From NCBI RefSeq assembly GCF_006345805.1, contig NW_021828638.1, positions 1-8,042 on the forward strand: a stretch of 8,042 nucleotides of DNA, read 5' to 3'. Below are positions 7,496 to 8,042 of this stretch, piece after piece. Within the stretch, counting starts at the first letter, position 1. Every line of letters begins with the position of its first letter. A program made the translations under genes and the position numbers. This DNA is from Octopus sinensis (Eukaryota). A model generated the notes under the pieces. The model was given only the letters and a program-made list of their open reading frames with translations. It ran no database searches and was not told the DNA's origin.

Positions 7496-7842
7496 TGGTG
7501 TTTTCTTGACTTTTAGTTGCTTGCCTGGTGTAGAGGTTGCAGGCCGCTTTTCGAGTCATACTCTTAGCTCCAAGCACCCAATGGAGCAGGCGGCTTGTGG
7601 CGGGTCAGCACCTTATTAACTGGGGGCTGCCCAGCTTGAGGTGGGCAGTAGCTAACCAATAGGACACGGAGATCCCTCCCACCGTCAGAGGTAACCCGTA
7701 GCGCCCGTATTTTACGCCAATCTGAATGGACTTATCACTCGTGACTGTTACCTCCCGTGTTGTTTCTGCAGCTTTTTACAGCAGCACTGAAGTGTCCTCT
7801 CCAGTTTTGCGCAGGCCTGGGCTATAGATAATAAAGTCTGGG

Positions 7843-7945
7843 TATATTATATATATATAATGTATATTATATATATATAATGTAGTATTATATATATCTA
7901 GGTATAATATATAATGTATAATATATCGAATATATATAATATATC
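7843..7945. repeat. TA-rich minisatellite-like array (unit GTATATTATATATATATAAT, two exact copies plus degenerate ones)
   Basis: 7842-7861 and 7862-7881 are identical 20-mers, followed by decayed copies. Confidence 0.85.
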
Positions 7946-7968
7946 GTGATGCTATATGCCATTTGAAT

Positions 7969-8042
7969 ATGGCTAACCATAAGGGTGGATGCTACTGTAG
8001 TTTGTAGCCCCAGGAAGAATATCCTCCAAGCTGGCTATAGAC
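7969..8042. repeat. Probable interspersed-repeat fragment running off the window end
   Basis: Abrupt switch to balanced base composition after the TA array; patchy similarity to the LINE 5' terminus at ~7760-7829. Family not identified. Confidence 0.3.

Larger units (their letters stand above)
4361..7556 (-). pseudogene. Frameshifted LINE ORF: APE endonuclease + reverse transcriptase + C-terminal zinc finger
   Basis: Joins ORF-track pieces 7202-7486, 6958-7368, 5697-7007, 4987-5700 and 4550-4972, plus a terminal frame ending YICGTCQRECLSRIGLHSHSRKCIRT* (stop 4361-4363). At least 11 frameshifts. Confidence 0.95.
4281..7842 (-). mobile_element. Near full-length RTE-clade (BovB-like) non-LTR retrotransposon, ~3.56 kb
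   Basis: Contains a ~290 bp 5' UTR, one fragmented EN-RT ORF, a short 3' UTR with a TGTCT/AGACA hairpin (4306-4319) and a short-repeat tail (CCAACCAATAACAAATA on the minus strand). Visibly more GC-rich than its TA-rich flanks. End coordinates are approximate; no clear TSD in the TA flanks. Confidence 0.95.

Noticed and set aside
5129-7619. Plus-strand ORFs 5129-5392, 5417-5677, 5962-6150 and 7188-7619
   Set aside because: Antisense shadows of the LINE coding region.
7655-7700. Possible HDV-like ribozyme P3/L3 (GGA-TCTCCGTG-TCC on the minus strand) in the LINE 5' UTR
   Set aside because: I could not find matching P1, P1.1 or P2 partners by eye; left to a covariance-model search.
7733-7745. 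11-mer TCACGAGTGAT shared between the hammerhead 3' flank (2698-2708) and the minus strand of the LINE 5' UTR; loose CTGCTGT...GAAAC nearby
   Set aside because: 11-mer matches are expected by chance in 8 kb; the core is not CUGANGA and the stems do not form.

Overview
Eukaryotic, AT-rich, non-genic DNA made almost entirely of transposable elements and microsatellites. The SINE family is one I recognise from Octopus genomes, so a cephalopod origin is likely, but this is inference. No host protein-coding gene can be supported. Left to right: compound microsatellites; a ~366 bp fold-back/MITE-like element with ~160 bp inverted arms (901-1266); a short unique stretch with ETS, octamer and YY1-like motifs; a tRNA-derived SINE head and tail separated by ~580 bp of unique sequence containing a well-formed type I hammerhead ribozyme motif (2621-2704), of the kind associated with Penelope-like elements and retrozymes; a decayed + strand RTE-1-like LINE 3' fragment; a degenerate SINE head followed by a complete SINE; and a near full-length minus-strand RTE/BovB-like LINE (~4281-7842). 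That LINE keeps its APE endonuclease, RT and C-terminal zinc-finger motifs but is broken by at least 11 small deletions. The most interesting items are the hammerhead and its host insert (possibly a composite with the SINE tail), the long fold-back element, and the deletion-only lesion pattern of the LINE. All alignments and folds were done by eye.
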